Below are positions 21,806 to 34,763 of a stretch of 64,000 nucleotides of DNA, one piece after another. The notes under the pieces are model-generated. The model was given only the letters and a program-made list of their open reading frames with translations, was not told where the DNA came from and searched no databases. Origin of the DNA: Tubulanus polymorphus (taxonomy: Eukaryota > Animalia > Nemertea); the NCBI RefSeq assembly GCF_964204645.1, contig NC_134025.1, positions 14,446,001-14,510,000 of the forward strand. The letters are read 5' to 3'. Position numbers and translations under genes: made by a program. Position 1 is the first letter of the stretch, and each line of letters begins with the position of its first letter.

Positions 21806-22760
21806 GTCTTTATTTCGTACAAAAAGTACAGACTATAAGAGGAAAGATAAGAATACAAAAATACAAAAATTCACATGAAGAACATTTTTACAGACTGAAT
21901 AATTAAAGGACATAGATTCAAATATAAATGTAGGCTACATGACTTAATAGATACAGTAATAATTGATTAGGTCTTTTATCTCATTTTGGCTGAATAGAAA
22001 GTTAGGGGATGGATAGAACAGTACATAAACTAAGTCAAAAATATGCTGGGCTGCTTCAATATATTCAACAGTGGATGGTGAGAACTGAATATCAGGAATA
22101 CTGGTTTGGAATAGAAATCTGTTAAATTTGTATCTATTAGAAATATGATTTAAACTGCTACTGAGAGGCGAATTACTACCATAAAAAGCAAGGTTGCCAC
22201 AAAAACTTAATACTGGGTTATCGGAGTTAATAGATGATTGAAGAAATTTCCAAAATCTACGATGCAATTTAACTTCAATGGTTTCATCATTACACAAAAG
22301 AGGAAGAATGTCATTATGGGTTCGAGGATGTAAGTTGAACATTTTTCTAATACATTGTCTTGCTGCACAAAATAGTTTATGAGAAGTAACATCAGAAAAG
22401 TCAATACGTACCGACCCGTATAGGGATGAGCAGTAAGTACGAAAAATAAAGTATCTGATATGGGGATCGATATCAGAAATGCATTTACTACTGCTATTAA
22501 ATTTTACATATAAATCATTTACTATATGATCAACATTGATGACACAATTACCATGACTATTAACCGCCAACAAATGGCCTAGAATCTTGTAATAAATTAT
22601 CTTTTATGAAACCGCTAGCAATAGAGGGATGGATGAATGCCATTTTGCGTTTATGGCAAGCTAACATGGACATACAGATAATAGGCAATAACGCCCTTAC
22701 TTGTGCAAATCAGAAACCCAGGAATTGCAAACAGCACTCTCCCAATGTTATTCAAGAGCT
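20582..22760 (+). pseudogene. Degenerate Helitron/Helentron Rep-helicase fragment (Rep region), interrupted by a LINE
   Basis: GTAAYFRNSLYNLLAMMKCLGPPTL...WPEL; DYFAHTEFQ...HLHIFFW (HUH motif); QKHSHSHNC...CRYGFP; LWQANMDIQ. Confidence 0.82.
21758..22573 (-). mobile_element. 5'-truncated non-LTR retrotransposon (RT C-terminal region) with (TTA)n tail
   Basis: ORF 21944-22573 (FRTYCSSLYG...IRKMFNLHPRTHN); AATAAA followed by a ~46-bp (TTA)n tail at 21758-21804. Confidence 0.8.
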
Positions 22761-22843
22761 AGCAGTAATTGGAATATGGCGTTTTCATACCAGAGGTCGA
22801 GAGGTCATCATTCATCATCACTTCTAATTTTTTCCCCTAATTA

Positions 22844-23164
22844 ATGGCTGAGAGAAAAGTTTCCTAGCGTCAAAAAATAATAAAATAGAACCAGCAAAAA
22901 ACCGAAGTAAGAAAGTTAGTCGATGTTACAAAAGAAATTGAACGTAAAATATTAAAACTAGAAAAGATAAAAACTAAATGCGGAGAAAAAATATCAGCAA
23001 ATTTGAGTTACTGTATTGTTAGTACAACGCGAGAATTTAAAGTATTTTTACCTGATGAATGGGTTTCATTGAGTAAAGAGGAATTAAAAGATTTAGAAGG
23101 ATTTAGAATAATTTATCATGGAAAAAATGAAGACGGTCATCATGATTTGGAAATTGTTGAATAA
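22844..23164 (+). pseudogene. Divergent homologue of the Polinton 117/134-aa protein (fragment of a fourth related element)
   Basis: Translates as ...FKVFLPDEWVSLSKEELKDLEGFRIIYHGKNEDGHHDLEIVE*, versus FRTYLPDRFHRLSSEDLEELCSGDFYFVYKGKNEKGHHEIDFE in copy 2; frameshift near the start. Confidence 0.72.
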
Positions 23165-23403
23165 ATAAAAAATAAGATAATTAAGAAAATAAAATGATAA
23201 AAATAATAAAATCAATTAAATATCAAGAATCCGAAATGACTTATCTGGACAATTTAATTGCTCCTCATAGATAGACATAAGTAGTGAGATATTTAATTGA
23301 TTCAAAATAGAAATTTTGTTTAATGAATTAAATCTATTTTTTGCTTTTTTTCTAAAATATTAATCCATTTTTTTATAGTGAACTTTGGAATTTCCGAAGT
23401 TTT

Positions 23404-23697
23404 TTAATTTTTAACAGTAGTAGTTTCAGAATTATTAACATCATTAATTTTATCAAAATTTATATACCAACTACATCCAATCAAAATTAATACAATTACA
23501 AGACCAGTTGAATAATAAAAAATGTGTATTAAATGAATAAGAAGGAGTAGAAATAACATTATTAACATTGTCATTATTAGGGTTTTCGGACTTTCGTCGA
23601 AAACCCTCTTGGAATTCTGTGGATTATCATTATTATTATTATTAATATTATTCCACTTTTTTCGAACATAAAATGTATCTCGTCTCAGATCCGACAA
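23404..23697 (-). CDS. Small TM-containing ORF, probably part of the Polinton-like fragment
   Basis: Hydrophobic segments; AT-rich composition like the Polinton genes; non-ATG start. Confidence 0.3.
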   Translation of the reverse strand: MSDLRRDTFYVRKKWNNINNNNNDNPQNSKRVFDESPKTLIMTMLIMLFLLLLIHLIHIFYYSTGLVIVLILIGCSWYINFDKINDVNNSETTTVKN

Positions 23698-25159
23698 CTA
23701 ATCAATAATACATGCTCTAATAAACGTTGAGGGAGATGAAGCGCTCTGAAAGCATTGGGTAGAATCCTTTGAAATGTTTGACGTACCTTAAAATCCGGCT
23801 TAATAACTGAACCCAGCCTGATTTTGATACAGAGCTGGTATATGTAATATCCGATCACCTCTCCCGTCGGTTAGAATCATGGTGCATTGAATTAGCGTTG
23901 TCCTGTCAGGCGCAAGGTCGCGGGTTCGAGGCTAGCCATATCCGTATTTTCTAATTTTTAAAAAAAGGAAAATCTCCGTTTTTATAAGTTGAAAGTCATT
24001 TGATGCAATCATAATATTTCATTAATAACATCAAATAAAACCCAAAGCGCCTATAAGTCGTTAAAACCTACTACTAAATTTAGTCGCTTTAATATTTTCG
24101 CCAACTATGCGCCGCCTATCGTAATAAACGGTTGTTGTTTGCGAGTACGAGTGCGTTACCGTTTTTGAGGGGTCTGACTATTTCAGATGGCTGGGAGTCA
24201 CCTTCATTTCGGTCTGCAAATTATACATTTAGACTTTGCCTACGTACCTTAAATGGCGGACGATTCAACTTCATCTTCCGATCCGTCTTATTCTTGTCAT
24301 GATTGTCATGATTTTATGGCGGTGTCAGCACTCATCAATGAACACGAATTGAAGTCAAGAACTAAGTGGTGCGTCTGGTGGAAGGAAAAGTTCTCTGAAT
24401 ATAGTGGTGGTATGTTTATCTTTTACCGTAATTTTAATGTCTCTCTGACTCTAGACTTGTTAATTGTTTTCTGTTCTATCTATCTAGGCCTATAGTACAG
24501 TATAATAACTTATAAGCTGATGAGTGTTGTGTTAAGAAAGCACTTGTCGTGTTGACATATGGCCTCGCAAAAAGCATATATACACCAGTACGAATAAGCC
24601 TTCCTGTACTGTTTTTCGATATGATCGTATGCCTATAGGCTATTACATGCAGGCGCGCGTCACCGGAATTACAGATATTATTGGGGCAAACCACTTCATT
24701 TCATTTCAGCGAAATCACAATATAATGGTGATCATTACAAAGATTTGGTCGTAACCAAAATTAAGGGGGACAGATGCTTCATCGCCCCTCCCCCCCATGA
24801 TGCCGCTTTGACAAGCTGCCAGTTTTGCCTGGCCTAGCCTACTTAAACTATAATTTTCTGGTTATAATTTTAATTTTATAAATGCTTGACTTGAATGGAC
24901 TTAATACCAAAACATATTTTTGGTGGAGGTGCAACATGCTTATTTCTCTTTCACTTACTGCTTTTTGACTTAATGTTTTTGTCTAATACTCCATATAACA
25001 TTTATATGATGTATTTTTGATAAAGGTTATTGGGATCATTACACAGCACAAATGTGGTGTCGATTAGTTCACATAAAAAATATGCTAATTATTTGAATAT
25101 AGGAACATTTAACGTTTGTCCATTGTTAATGTGTGGACTCATTGGCATATATATATACC

Positions 25160-25161
<2 letters not shown>

Positions 25162-25231
<70 letters not shown>
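25162..25231. repeat. (TA)n microsatellite
   Basis: Directly visible. Confidence 0.97.
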
Positions 25232-25239
<8 letters not shown>

Positions 25240-26579
25240 TAGTATATGATAATGGAGGTAGGTAATTTGAAAGTTAGTTACCTAATCGTTGGTGGTAAGC
25301 TTTTTATAATCGGATGGGCTTATACCAACGTTAGGGATGACAAGGACCAAAACAAGGTTGAAAAAAGTAGCACTTCAAAAATATACTTTCTATTCACTTC
25401 AGTCCACAATTAATGGCTTAATTCACAAACTAACACAGGTACCTTTCGAAATAATCCAATTTTATGTATGTTTCGAGTGATTTATCATCATTATTTTGAG
25501 AAATTAATTAATTTCTCCACAAATTTCGCCATTGGTCACCATTTCTCTGTATTGCACATGTGGCATGATAAGACAAGGGGACCTACAAGGATTTATATAA
25601 AACTTTCAAGACGAAACGACAATTTTTATTTTTGATGGTTTTCCAACTTATATTTCAAATCTTCGTGTTTTCCATAATAGATAATGAAATAATAAATTCT
25701 GGTAAATGAAAAATGTGAATAAGTGTTGATTTCTCAGTTTTTTTCAATTTCGTCGTTTCGCTTCGTTTGTTTGTGCTGTTGTCCTGGCCTCAGTCCACAG
25801 GTGCCAGCACCTCCAGTAATTTTCAAAATGGTAGCTGTTGACTCGACGGAAATTTACTCTCACTTTACGGCCGATTTGCACATGGATTAAGATCGTCAGG
25901 TGAGGTGTTATAGGTATCAGACAAACTACGAATCTGTTGTGCGTCGATTACAACAAAAATTAGACGGATATCTTAAGAGACAATGAAATGCAAGGCAAAT
26001 TACTCGTCAGTCAAATTGGCTGACGAAGATTTCATACAAAAATGACCTTCCCATTCCTGACTGTGGTTTGTGAAAATATCCGATCGTGAAACTAAACCAC
26101 AGACAGGTTACTGACTAGTAATTTGATAACATTTATTTTCTGCACACTTCGGCAACAGGTGAGCTAATTTGGCCATTTTGGTTTGCTTTTTAACTTTTTA
26201 CACATAATAATTTAGTAACCCGATCGTTGTAGAGAAATGTTTGACAATCACCATATTTGTATATCAATGACTTGTAATATTCACCATATTGTACTCATTG
26301 TCACCTAACATCATCTGCACCGTATGCACTATTAAAATGCTGTAAGGCCGTGTTGTAATCCAATTTTTTATTTTTTATTTTATAAAGTCAATCAGAACAA
26401 TGTACATGTATATTCAAATTTTAAAATTGTGGAAGTTGATCAGAACAATGTGGTGTTTATTCAAATTAAGAAATTTGTGAAATAAAAAAGTTTGTATGGT
26501 ACATATATGTTCATGGTTTTAGTTTATATTTTTCTTCAAGTTGAATGTAATTTGGGAGGACTTTTTAAGGAATTTCCTT

Positions 26580-26989
26580 TTGGTCGCTCCACTTCGCTAC
26601 CGCTCCGCTCCGCGACCAATTGATTTATTTACAATACACAAATTCATATAATCAAATATATTTTAATAATAATTATTATTCTATTATTCAACTGAAATAC
26701 ACACGGTTATGAAAATATATTATAGTTTTAAATTACTTTTAATATTTGTTTTTAATGAACTCGACCGTTCAACCTTTAACCTGAAAGCCCATTACCCCTA
26801 TTACTCTTAAAATAATCATATACATGAATAACATTTAAATTGACAGATTATTCAATATAAAAGTATATATTTACAACATTATTTCAATATTTATATTTGT
26901 ATGAGTTAGATTTTTAAACATTAAAAGTGTAAGTAAAGTGTGATTGAAATAATACATGATATAAATCATTGAACTTCTAAAATCAATTT
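26580..26989. repeat. Left TIR of copy 2 (outer hairpin arm missing)
   Basis: Reverse complement of ~42378-42775; begins at TTGGTCGCTCCACTTCGC. Confidence 0.9.
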
Positions 26990-27011
26990 TAATAAGAAAT
27001 TTAGTATTAAA

Positions 27012-30000
27012 ATGGAAGCAAATAAGTACTACTGCCCAACATGTAATATCAATATAGATAGATCCCAAAAAGCAAGACACAATAAAACTAAAGCGCATTT
27101 AGAGAATAAATTGAAACTAGAATATAAAGATGATATATTAGAAACTAAATTAGATGAATTAAAGAATGAAAAAGAAACATACAAATGTGATACATGTAAT
27201 CAATCATTCAGTGATAAAAGATATTATAATGAACATTTAAAATCTAAAAGTCATATTAGAAATAAGAATAATGATATCTTAGGTGAGGATTATTTTGATG
27301 AAGATAATGATAAGAAACAGAAGACAATTAAAAGCATAACAAATAAATTAAACAATAAAAGACCATACATGGAAGATGTAAGAAATTATATTAATTCATT
27401 AGATAATAAAAAAGATATAGAGATAACCGAAGCATTTAAAAGTGATATTGGTCCAGCAGCTATCGAGTTTAAATTTCATAAAGGTAAAACATTAGAAGAA
27501 AATAAAAAACATTTAGAAAATATGAAAGAAATAATAAAAATAATAACTGATGTTGAATATCCTAAAATTAGTATATCAGTTAAAGTAAAGTTTATAAAAT
27601 CTGAAGATAAACCAATATATAATATAAATTCTCATTCACAACATATTATATATAAACAACATATAGATGATAAATTAGATAAATGTTATAATGAAGTAAA
27701 AACTAAAATAGAAGAGAAATATTTTGAAGGATCTGGTTTAATATTTGATGAAATAATATTTATGACTTTACATGTTTATAACACAAAATATAATAAGTTA
27801 ACTAAATCAAAACCAATTGATGAAAATAATGTATCATATTATAAAGAACGAGATATTGAAGCATCGAGTTATATTAAACTACCATTTAAAACTAATGCTG
27901 TTATAAATGTACAAAATGAAGATGATAAATGTTTTCTATGGGCTATAATAAGTTGTTTACATCCTGCAACTTATAATATTTGTAGATTAACTCATTATAA
28001 ACCATTTGAAAATAATTATAAGATAGATAAGTATCCTGTTATAATTAAAAACATCCCAAAAATAGAAAGAGATAATAATATAAAGATAAATGTATTTGAT
28101 TTAATCAAATTACCAAATACAAAAGGTAACAATATAAAACATTATACATTAGAACCTTTATATCTATCAAAAGATTATGATTCAAACGATGTTATAGATA
28201 TACTATATTATGAGAATCATTATATGTGGATTAAACAAATCGACTTATTTTTTAAATCAGAAAATGATCACCATAAAATATATCTTTGTAGAAAATGTTT
28301 ACATAAATTCAGTAATGAAAGTACATTATTAAATCATAAACAATTATGTGAAAATCATGATTATTGTAAATTAGTTTTACCAAATGAAAAGGATAAAATA
28401 TTAGAATTCAAAAAATATGATTACAAAAATAAAGTACCATTTGTAATATATGGAGATTTTGAATCATTAAATAAAGAACTAACTGATCAAGATAGAAAAG
28501 AAATATATTATAAGAGAAAGAAATTAAATTCTAATGAAAATGATTATTCTGAAGAACCACCAAAAACAAATACTATTAAAAAGATTCATCAATCAGCTGC
28601 TGCTTTCGGGTTATATATAAAATCTGATTATCCAGAACTAATTGAAAGTGAATATTCTGATTATAGAAATGAAAATGTTATCAATCATTTTTGTGACTTA
28701 TTAATTGAATATGAAATAAGATTTAGTAAATTACTGAATACAAATATAGAATATAGAAATTATAATGACAGAAGAAGATAAAGAAGCATTTGCGTTTGCA
28801 GATAAATGTTATTATTGTGAAAAGATATTTAATTATAAAGATAAAAAAGTAAGAGACCATGATAATTTGAACGGAAAGTTTAGAGGCGCTGCACATGAGA
28901 ATTGTAACTTACAAGCTAAGAAAATTAATTTTGTACCAGTTATATTTCATAATCTATCAGGATATGATGCACATTTATTCATCAAACAGTTATGCCATAA
29001 AATAGAAGAAATTAATAATGAAATAGAAAGATTAAATTCAAATAGATCAAAAGATAAAATACCAACTTATAAATTTAGAATGTTAGCTAAAACATCTGAG
29101 AATTATATATCATTCCAATTTGGGTGTTTAAGATTTATAGATTCATATAGATTTTTAAATAGTTCATTAGATAACTTATCAAAATCATTAGTTGATGATG
29201 AATTGAAAATATTAAAACAACACTACCCAAATAATGATGATTTCCAATTAATGAGATATAAAGGAGCAATTCCATATTCTTTCTATAAAAATCATAATGA
29301 TTTCAATATAACTGAATTATTAAAAGAACAATTCTATGATGAATTAAAAAATGAATATGTTAGAGATGAAGTATATAATAGAACATTGAATATTTGGAAT
29401 CATTTCAAAATAGAAAATCATGGGCAATTAGTAGATTTATATCTAAAATCTGATGTATTATTATTAACTGATATATTCGAAAGGTTTAGAGATGTAAACC
29501 TAAAATATTTCAATATTGATCCTTGTCATTGTTATTCAGGTTTAACATGGGATTGTGGATTAAAATTTACAGATATAAAAATGGATTTGTTAACAAATAT
29601 AGATCAATTACTATTATTTGAAAAATCTATAAGAGGAGGAGTTTCAGGTGTATTAGGGGATAGATATTTCAATGTAAATGATAACCCTGGATATAAGTTA
29701 TTATATATAGATGCAAATAATTTGTATGGTTGGGCAATGATGGAACCACAACCTTATGGAGTATTTGAATTAACTGAAGTTTTACAGAATGAAAATAATG
29801 ATAAATTTGATTGGAAGAAAAGAATTCTAGATATAGCAGATGATTCAGATACTGGTTACTTCTTTGTTGTAGGTTTAGAATATCCTGAATATAAAAAATT
29901 TAAATCTAGAAATCTAGCTTACTGTCCCGAACATAAAACTGTAACACATGAAGAATTATCAAATTATCAAAAAAGAATTAAACCCGGAAATCATATTCAT

Positions 30001-31045
30001 ACAGAAAAGTTAATGGTAACTCTAGAAGATAAATATAATTATGTAGTACATTACAGAATGTTAAAGTTTTATTTGAATCAAGGAATGATTATAAAAAAAG
30101 TACATAGATATATTTCATTTAGTCAATCTAAATGGTTAGGAGAAATATATAGATTTTGACACCAAACAGAGAACTGAAGCTAAAACTGATTTCGAGAAAG
30201 ATTTCTTCAAGTTAATGAATAATGCATTCTATAGTAAGACTTGTGAAAATATTAGAAATAGAAATGATATTGAGTTAGTTAGTAATGGTAAAAGGATAAG
30301 GCATTTACAATCATATCCTAAGTTCATTGGTAACAGAATATTTGATGAAAATTTAGCTGCAGTTAAGATGAGAAGAACATCAATGAAATTTAATAAACCA
30401 ATCTATGTTGGCGCTTCAGTTTTAGAATTATCAAAATTACTGATGTATGAATTCTATTATAATGTATTACAATCACTTTTTGGAGAAAAACATATAGAAA
30501 TACTATATTTTGATACTGACAGTTACATATTAAAGATAAAAACTGATAACATAACAGATGATTTAAAAACATTAAAACATCATTTTGATTTTAGTAACTA
30601 TCCTAAAGATCATGAATTGTTTAGCAATAATAATAAAAAAGTTCCAGGGAAGTTTAAGGATGAATTAGGCGGTGAAGAAATGATAGAGTTCATAGGTATT
30701 AGATCTAAAATGTATTCATATAAAACTAAAGAACATGAAGCTAAAAAGTTAAAAGGAATAACCAAAAGTGTAGTAGAAAAGAATATTCATTTCAAAGATT
30801 ACATCAATTGTATATTCAATGAAGAAGTTAGAAAACATAAGATGAGATGTTTAAGATCTGAAGATCGTGAAATGTTTATTGAAGAAATTGAAAAGATAAG
30901 TCTAAACCCATTTGATGATAAAAGATATATTTTAGATGATGGAATTCATACAGTTGCTTATGGTTGTAGTTTAGATGAATACTTAAAATTTAAAAGAGAA
31001 GAAACAAAAGAGAACGAGATAATGAAAAGAATTCTAACGTGTTAA
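27012..31045 (+). pseudogene. Full-length pPolB (~1340 codons) with two frameshifts: N-terminal zinc fingers, terminal-protein region, vOTU-like domain, exonuclease with endonuclease-VII-like insert, polymerase
   Basis: ORFs 27012-28781, 28765-30159 and 30215-31045; 7-bp duplication AATATAG near 28750 and +1 near 30140; all PolB motifs present (motif B G>S). Confidence 0.94.
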
Positions 31046-31074
31046 TCAAATTTTAATAAAAATATGTTATTAAA

Positions 31075-31428
31075 ATGGAGAGTAAACAAGCGCACAGTGA
31101 GAACCACAAATTATTTCTAGATAGAATTAAAGATATCACAAATGTAAAATCTGTAGATTATAAATTCAAAAAGTTAACAGAATTAACAATTCATAAGAAA
31201 TATCTAATTACAAATATTGATACAGTTACTAATAACTATGGAGATAAATTAGTTATACACTTAGAATATGAAGGATTAAAAGGAAATACATATAAATTCA
31301 GAACATATTTACCAGATAGATTTCATAGATTATCAAGTGAAGATTTAGAAGAATTATGTTCTGGAGATTTCTATTTCGTATACAAAGGTAAGAATGAAAA
31401 AGGGCACCATGAAATAGATTTCGAATAA
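31075..31428 (+). CDS. Small conserved Polinton protein, possibly OB-fold ssDNA-binding (117 aa)
   Basis: Intact orthologue of 5959-6363. Confidence 0.6.
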   Translation: MESKQAHSENHKLFLDRIKDITNVKSVDYKFKKLTELTIHKKYLITNIDTVTNNYGDKLVIHLEYEGLKGNTYKFRTYLPDRFHRLSSEDLEELCSGDFYFVYKGKNEKGHHEIDFE

Positions 31429-31445
31429 GAAAATATGTAAAATAA

Positions 31446-31985
31446 ATGGCGGAATTAAAAGAATACAGAATATTTGTTGATTCAAGAAAACTTACTAATT
31501 ATAAATCTCATAATTTACTAGTTCAATTAGATAGAGAATTTAAGAATTGTGTAGATTTAAAATTAGTTAATATAAGTTTATGTAATTCTTTTTATAACAT
31601 ATCAGATAAAACTTTTGAACATAGAGGGTTTATGATTTATATGAGAAATAAAGATAAATGGTTTCATATATTTTTAAAACCAGGATTATATAATTTAGAA
31701 TCATTAGCGCAGGAAATTAATAGAAGAGCTCGGTTGAAAATCGGGGGCACTTCTGTATTTGAAATTAAATTTAATAAAATTGATAGTACTTATAAAAAAA
31801 GAATAAAGATATCTAATGAACAACATAAATTTATGGTAAACAAACCACTGGCTAAAATGTTAGGAATTAAACCTCTTACAGTTACTGGAAACGCAGAAGG
31901 CAGCTCAAATATAATACCTTTTACACACTTTTATATTTATTGAAATTTAATCGAGCCTACAAAAACTTTCGAAGCAACTAAAAAA
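31446..31985 (+). pseudogene. Minor capsid protein, nonsense mutation and 3' deletion
   Basis: Orthologue of 6329; TGC>TGA at 31941, then deletion junction near 31985. Confidence 0.72.
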
Positions 31986-33276
31986 AAGCTTTCCAATATA
32001 ATAAATCAATCAAATATAATATTCCTGCAATAGATTTTAAAAAAAATATTACAAATAAAAATGTAGTTTTAAATTCATTAACTAATTTAGAAATTTATGT
32101 TACTGAATCACAGTTTTTTTATTTCTAAAATGGAAAATATATTTAATACATATGAAGTTACTTTTACTCGAGATGAATATCATATATATAAAGTAAAATC
32201 TAATATGAAATATTGGCAGAACCAATTAGATTTTGCTGTTTATTGTGCAACAACAGGATGTGGAATAAGTTGGAATGATCATTTAAATAACTTAGATAAA
32301 AATTTGAAGTATTCTGATTTAAAATTAATTCACACAATATTTAGATTTCACACATATTTTCAAATCAGAATAATATTAAATGAATTAGAATGTCCTTTAC
32401 CCGGGTCTAAATATTTTAAAGAATTGGATAATAATATTAATCCATCTAAGTTTTATAAAATATGTAATGAATTTAATATAAATATTAATTCCGATTTTAG
32501 AGCGCATGGTAAATTGCAAGGTGTTGGTGAAGAGTATGAAATAAAAAGAATTGATTATATGCATAGAATTTCAGCTTATCATAATTATAAAATTGATAAT
32601 AATAATGGTTGGGTTAATTTCATTTTAGAAAATGGTGAAGGTTTTACTAAAGCTGGAATACAAAGAATAAATCAATCTATTAGAACTTATTTGATATGTA
32701 TTTTAGGTGCGCAAGTTGAAACAAGATCCCCAATAATTGGAAATGATAACACTTCATTCGATGCGCAGAAACAGTTTAATGTATTATTTGAAGATTCCAT
32801 TCATAATGATAAAAATAGATCGATTCCAGAAAACATTGTAAGATATCAAAATTATTTAGATAAATCACATATTAGATTAAATTATTGTATAGGCCCTAAT
32901 CTATTTATTATTTCTAATGATTTAGTATTAAAGATGGGAAATATAATTGGTTATAATAATCTAATTAAAACTGCAACAATAAATAATTCATTTGGATTGA
33001 ATGATATAAATAAAAAGATTATTACTGCTCCAAAATTAATGGAAGGCGAAAAAAATAACAAAACATATTCAATCAACAGAAACTAAAACTAAGAATATTA
33101 AATTAAATAATGATTCTAAAATAAAAGATTACAATACATCAGAAAATATAAAAACTGATAATATTCAACATGATATAATTAAACTAAATGATGATAATAA
33201 ATCCCATGAAAATACTAATATAGCTTTAACTTGTATAGGAATTGTAATCGGAGGAATATCATATTTTAAATTTTAA
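31986..33276 (+). pseudogene. WQNQL/CATTGCG-motif protein (5' start deleted, frameshifts)
   Basis: ORF 32097-33086 is homologous to 9742-11070. Confidence 0.7.
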
Positions 33277-33292
33277 TATTTTTATTATGTAA

Positions 33293-34742
33293 ATGGCAGA
33301 AGGTGGAGAAGATTATGAAATGGAAGGCATGGGAAATAATAATGAAGGATATATTGATGATGATTATAATGATGCAGAAACTAATATTGATGATGGAAAT
33401 GAATCAGCATATAATTCCAATTTAGCAGATAGTGGTTCTAAAGGCCCATCAACAGATGAATTTGATAGAAGAACTAGATCGATTGAATCCTGAAAATGAA
33501 AATCCAGATTTAGTAAAACAAAATTTAGAATATAATGAATATATTTATAATTTCAAACCTATATTTGAAAGATCAGGATATAATATCGATGATAGAGGTG
33601 CTAGATATTTAGTAAGAGAATTAAAATCATTAGATGGTGAACATTATTATCATTTGAAAGATGATTATTATATTGATATCTCTTATAAAAAACAAAACAA
33701 AATATTAGCAGAATCAACTTTGCTTAAGTTAGACCTATCTAGAATTAAAAGAATAAGAAATAGTAATGAAATAGAAGATGTAACACAAGAAGAAATTATT
33801 AAAAATGAAAGAGTATTTAAACAAAGAATTAATGAATTATTTGAAACAATCGATAATAATTTAGAAACAGAAACAACTTCTGAACAGAATATAACTTCCA
33901 AAACTAGTAAACCTAATTCAAGAGGAGTTCAAACTGAAAAACTTTTACCAAATGGATTACTTGATGCAACAAAACAAGAATTAGAAGATTTAAATATATT
34001 TTCTGATAAAGCAATTAGAGAAATTATTAGTATACAAAATAAAGCTGATAAATTTGCGCATGATAAAAGTATAAGAGATTTTAAAATTAGAACTTTAGAA
34101 GATGAATTATTTAAATCAAGAAAAGAATCAGAACAATTAAAATTAGATAGAGATAATAAAATTATTGAAGAAATTGAATTTAAAAAAAGAAATGCATATT
34201 TAGAAAAAGAAATTGACAATTTAGAATATAACATAGAATTTCAGAAAGAAGAAATTAAATTATTAAAAAAATCATATGATTATTGTATTAATAGATTAAA
34301 AGTTGTTGTTAAAGATTTAATAATTAAACCAAATTCTGAAATATCATTGAAAGATAGAATAAAATTATTATTTAAGTTTGAAGGAATCACAATTCTTTCA
34401 ATTCTAACAGCAGTAACTATGGTATTTACAACAATAGGTTTAGCTATATCAAATTCACTGAAATCTACTCCTACTCCCAATAAACCGGATAAACCCCCGA
34501 ATGATAATAATTCTATACAAGATAAAGTTAAGGATGGTTTAAAGAAATTAGCAAAATATTTATGGGAACTATCTAAAAAATCTGCTGCAGCATTGCCAGG
34601 AATTATTGCATCAATTGTTGGTTTTATATTGAAATCTGCAGGAAACATTATTAACTTTGCTGCTGAACATATTATTTTATTTTTAATCACAGTTGTAAGT
34701 GCTATTCTTTTTGGGTTAGTAAACATGATAAAAAATAAATAA
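33293..34742 (+). pseudogene. Coiled-coil protein with C-terminal hydrophobic helices (frameshift near 33480)
   Basis: ORFs 33293-33493 and 33432-34742; orthologue of 11140-12603. Confidence 0.72.
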
Positions 34743-34763
34743 TTAATTTTATTTGTTAAATAA

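Noticed and set aside
23880-23945. tRNA-like sequence with B-box GGTTCGAG
   Set aside because: No convincing acceptor stem or cloverleaf; at most a decayed tRNA-derived SINE head.
24253-26160. Possible spliced gene or transposase exons (ORF 24253-24495 with GTATG donor; coding-like stretch ~25790-26105)
   Set aside because: Could not assemble a frame or recognise a domain with confidence.
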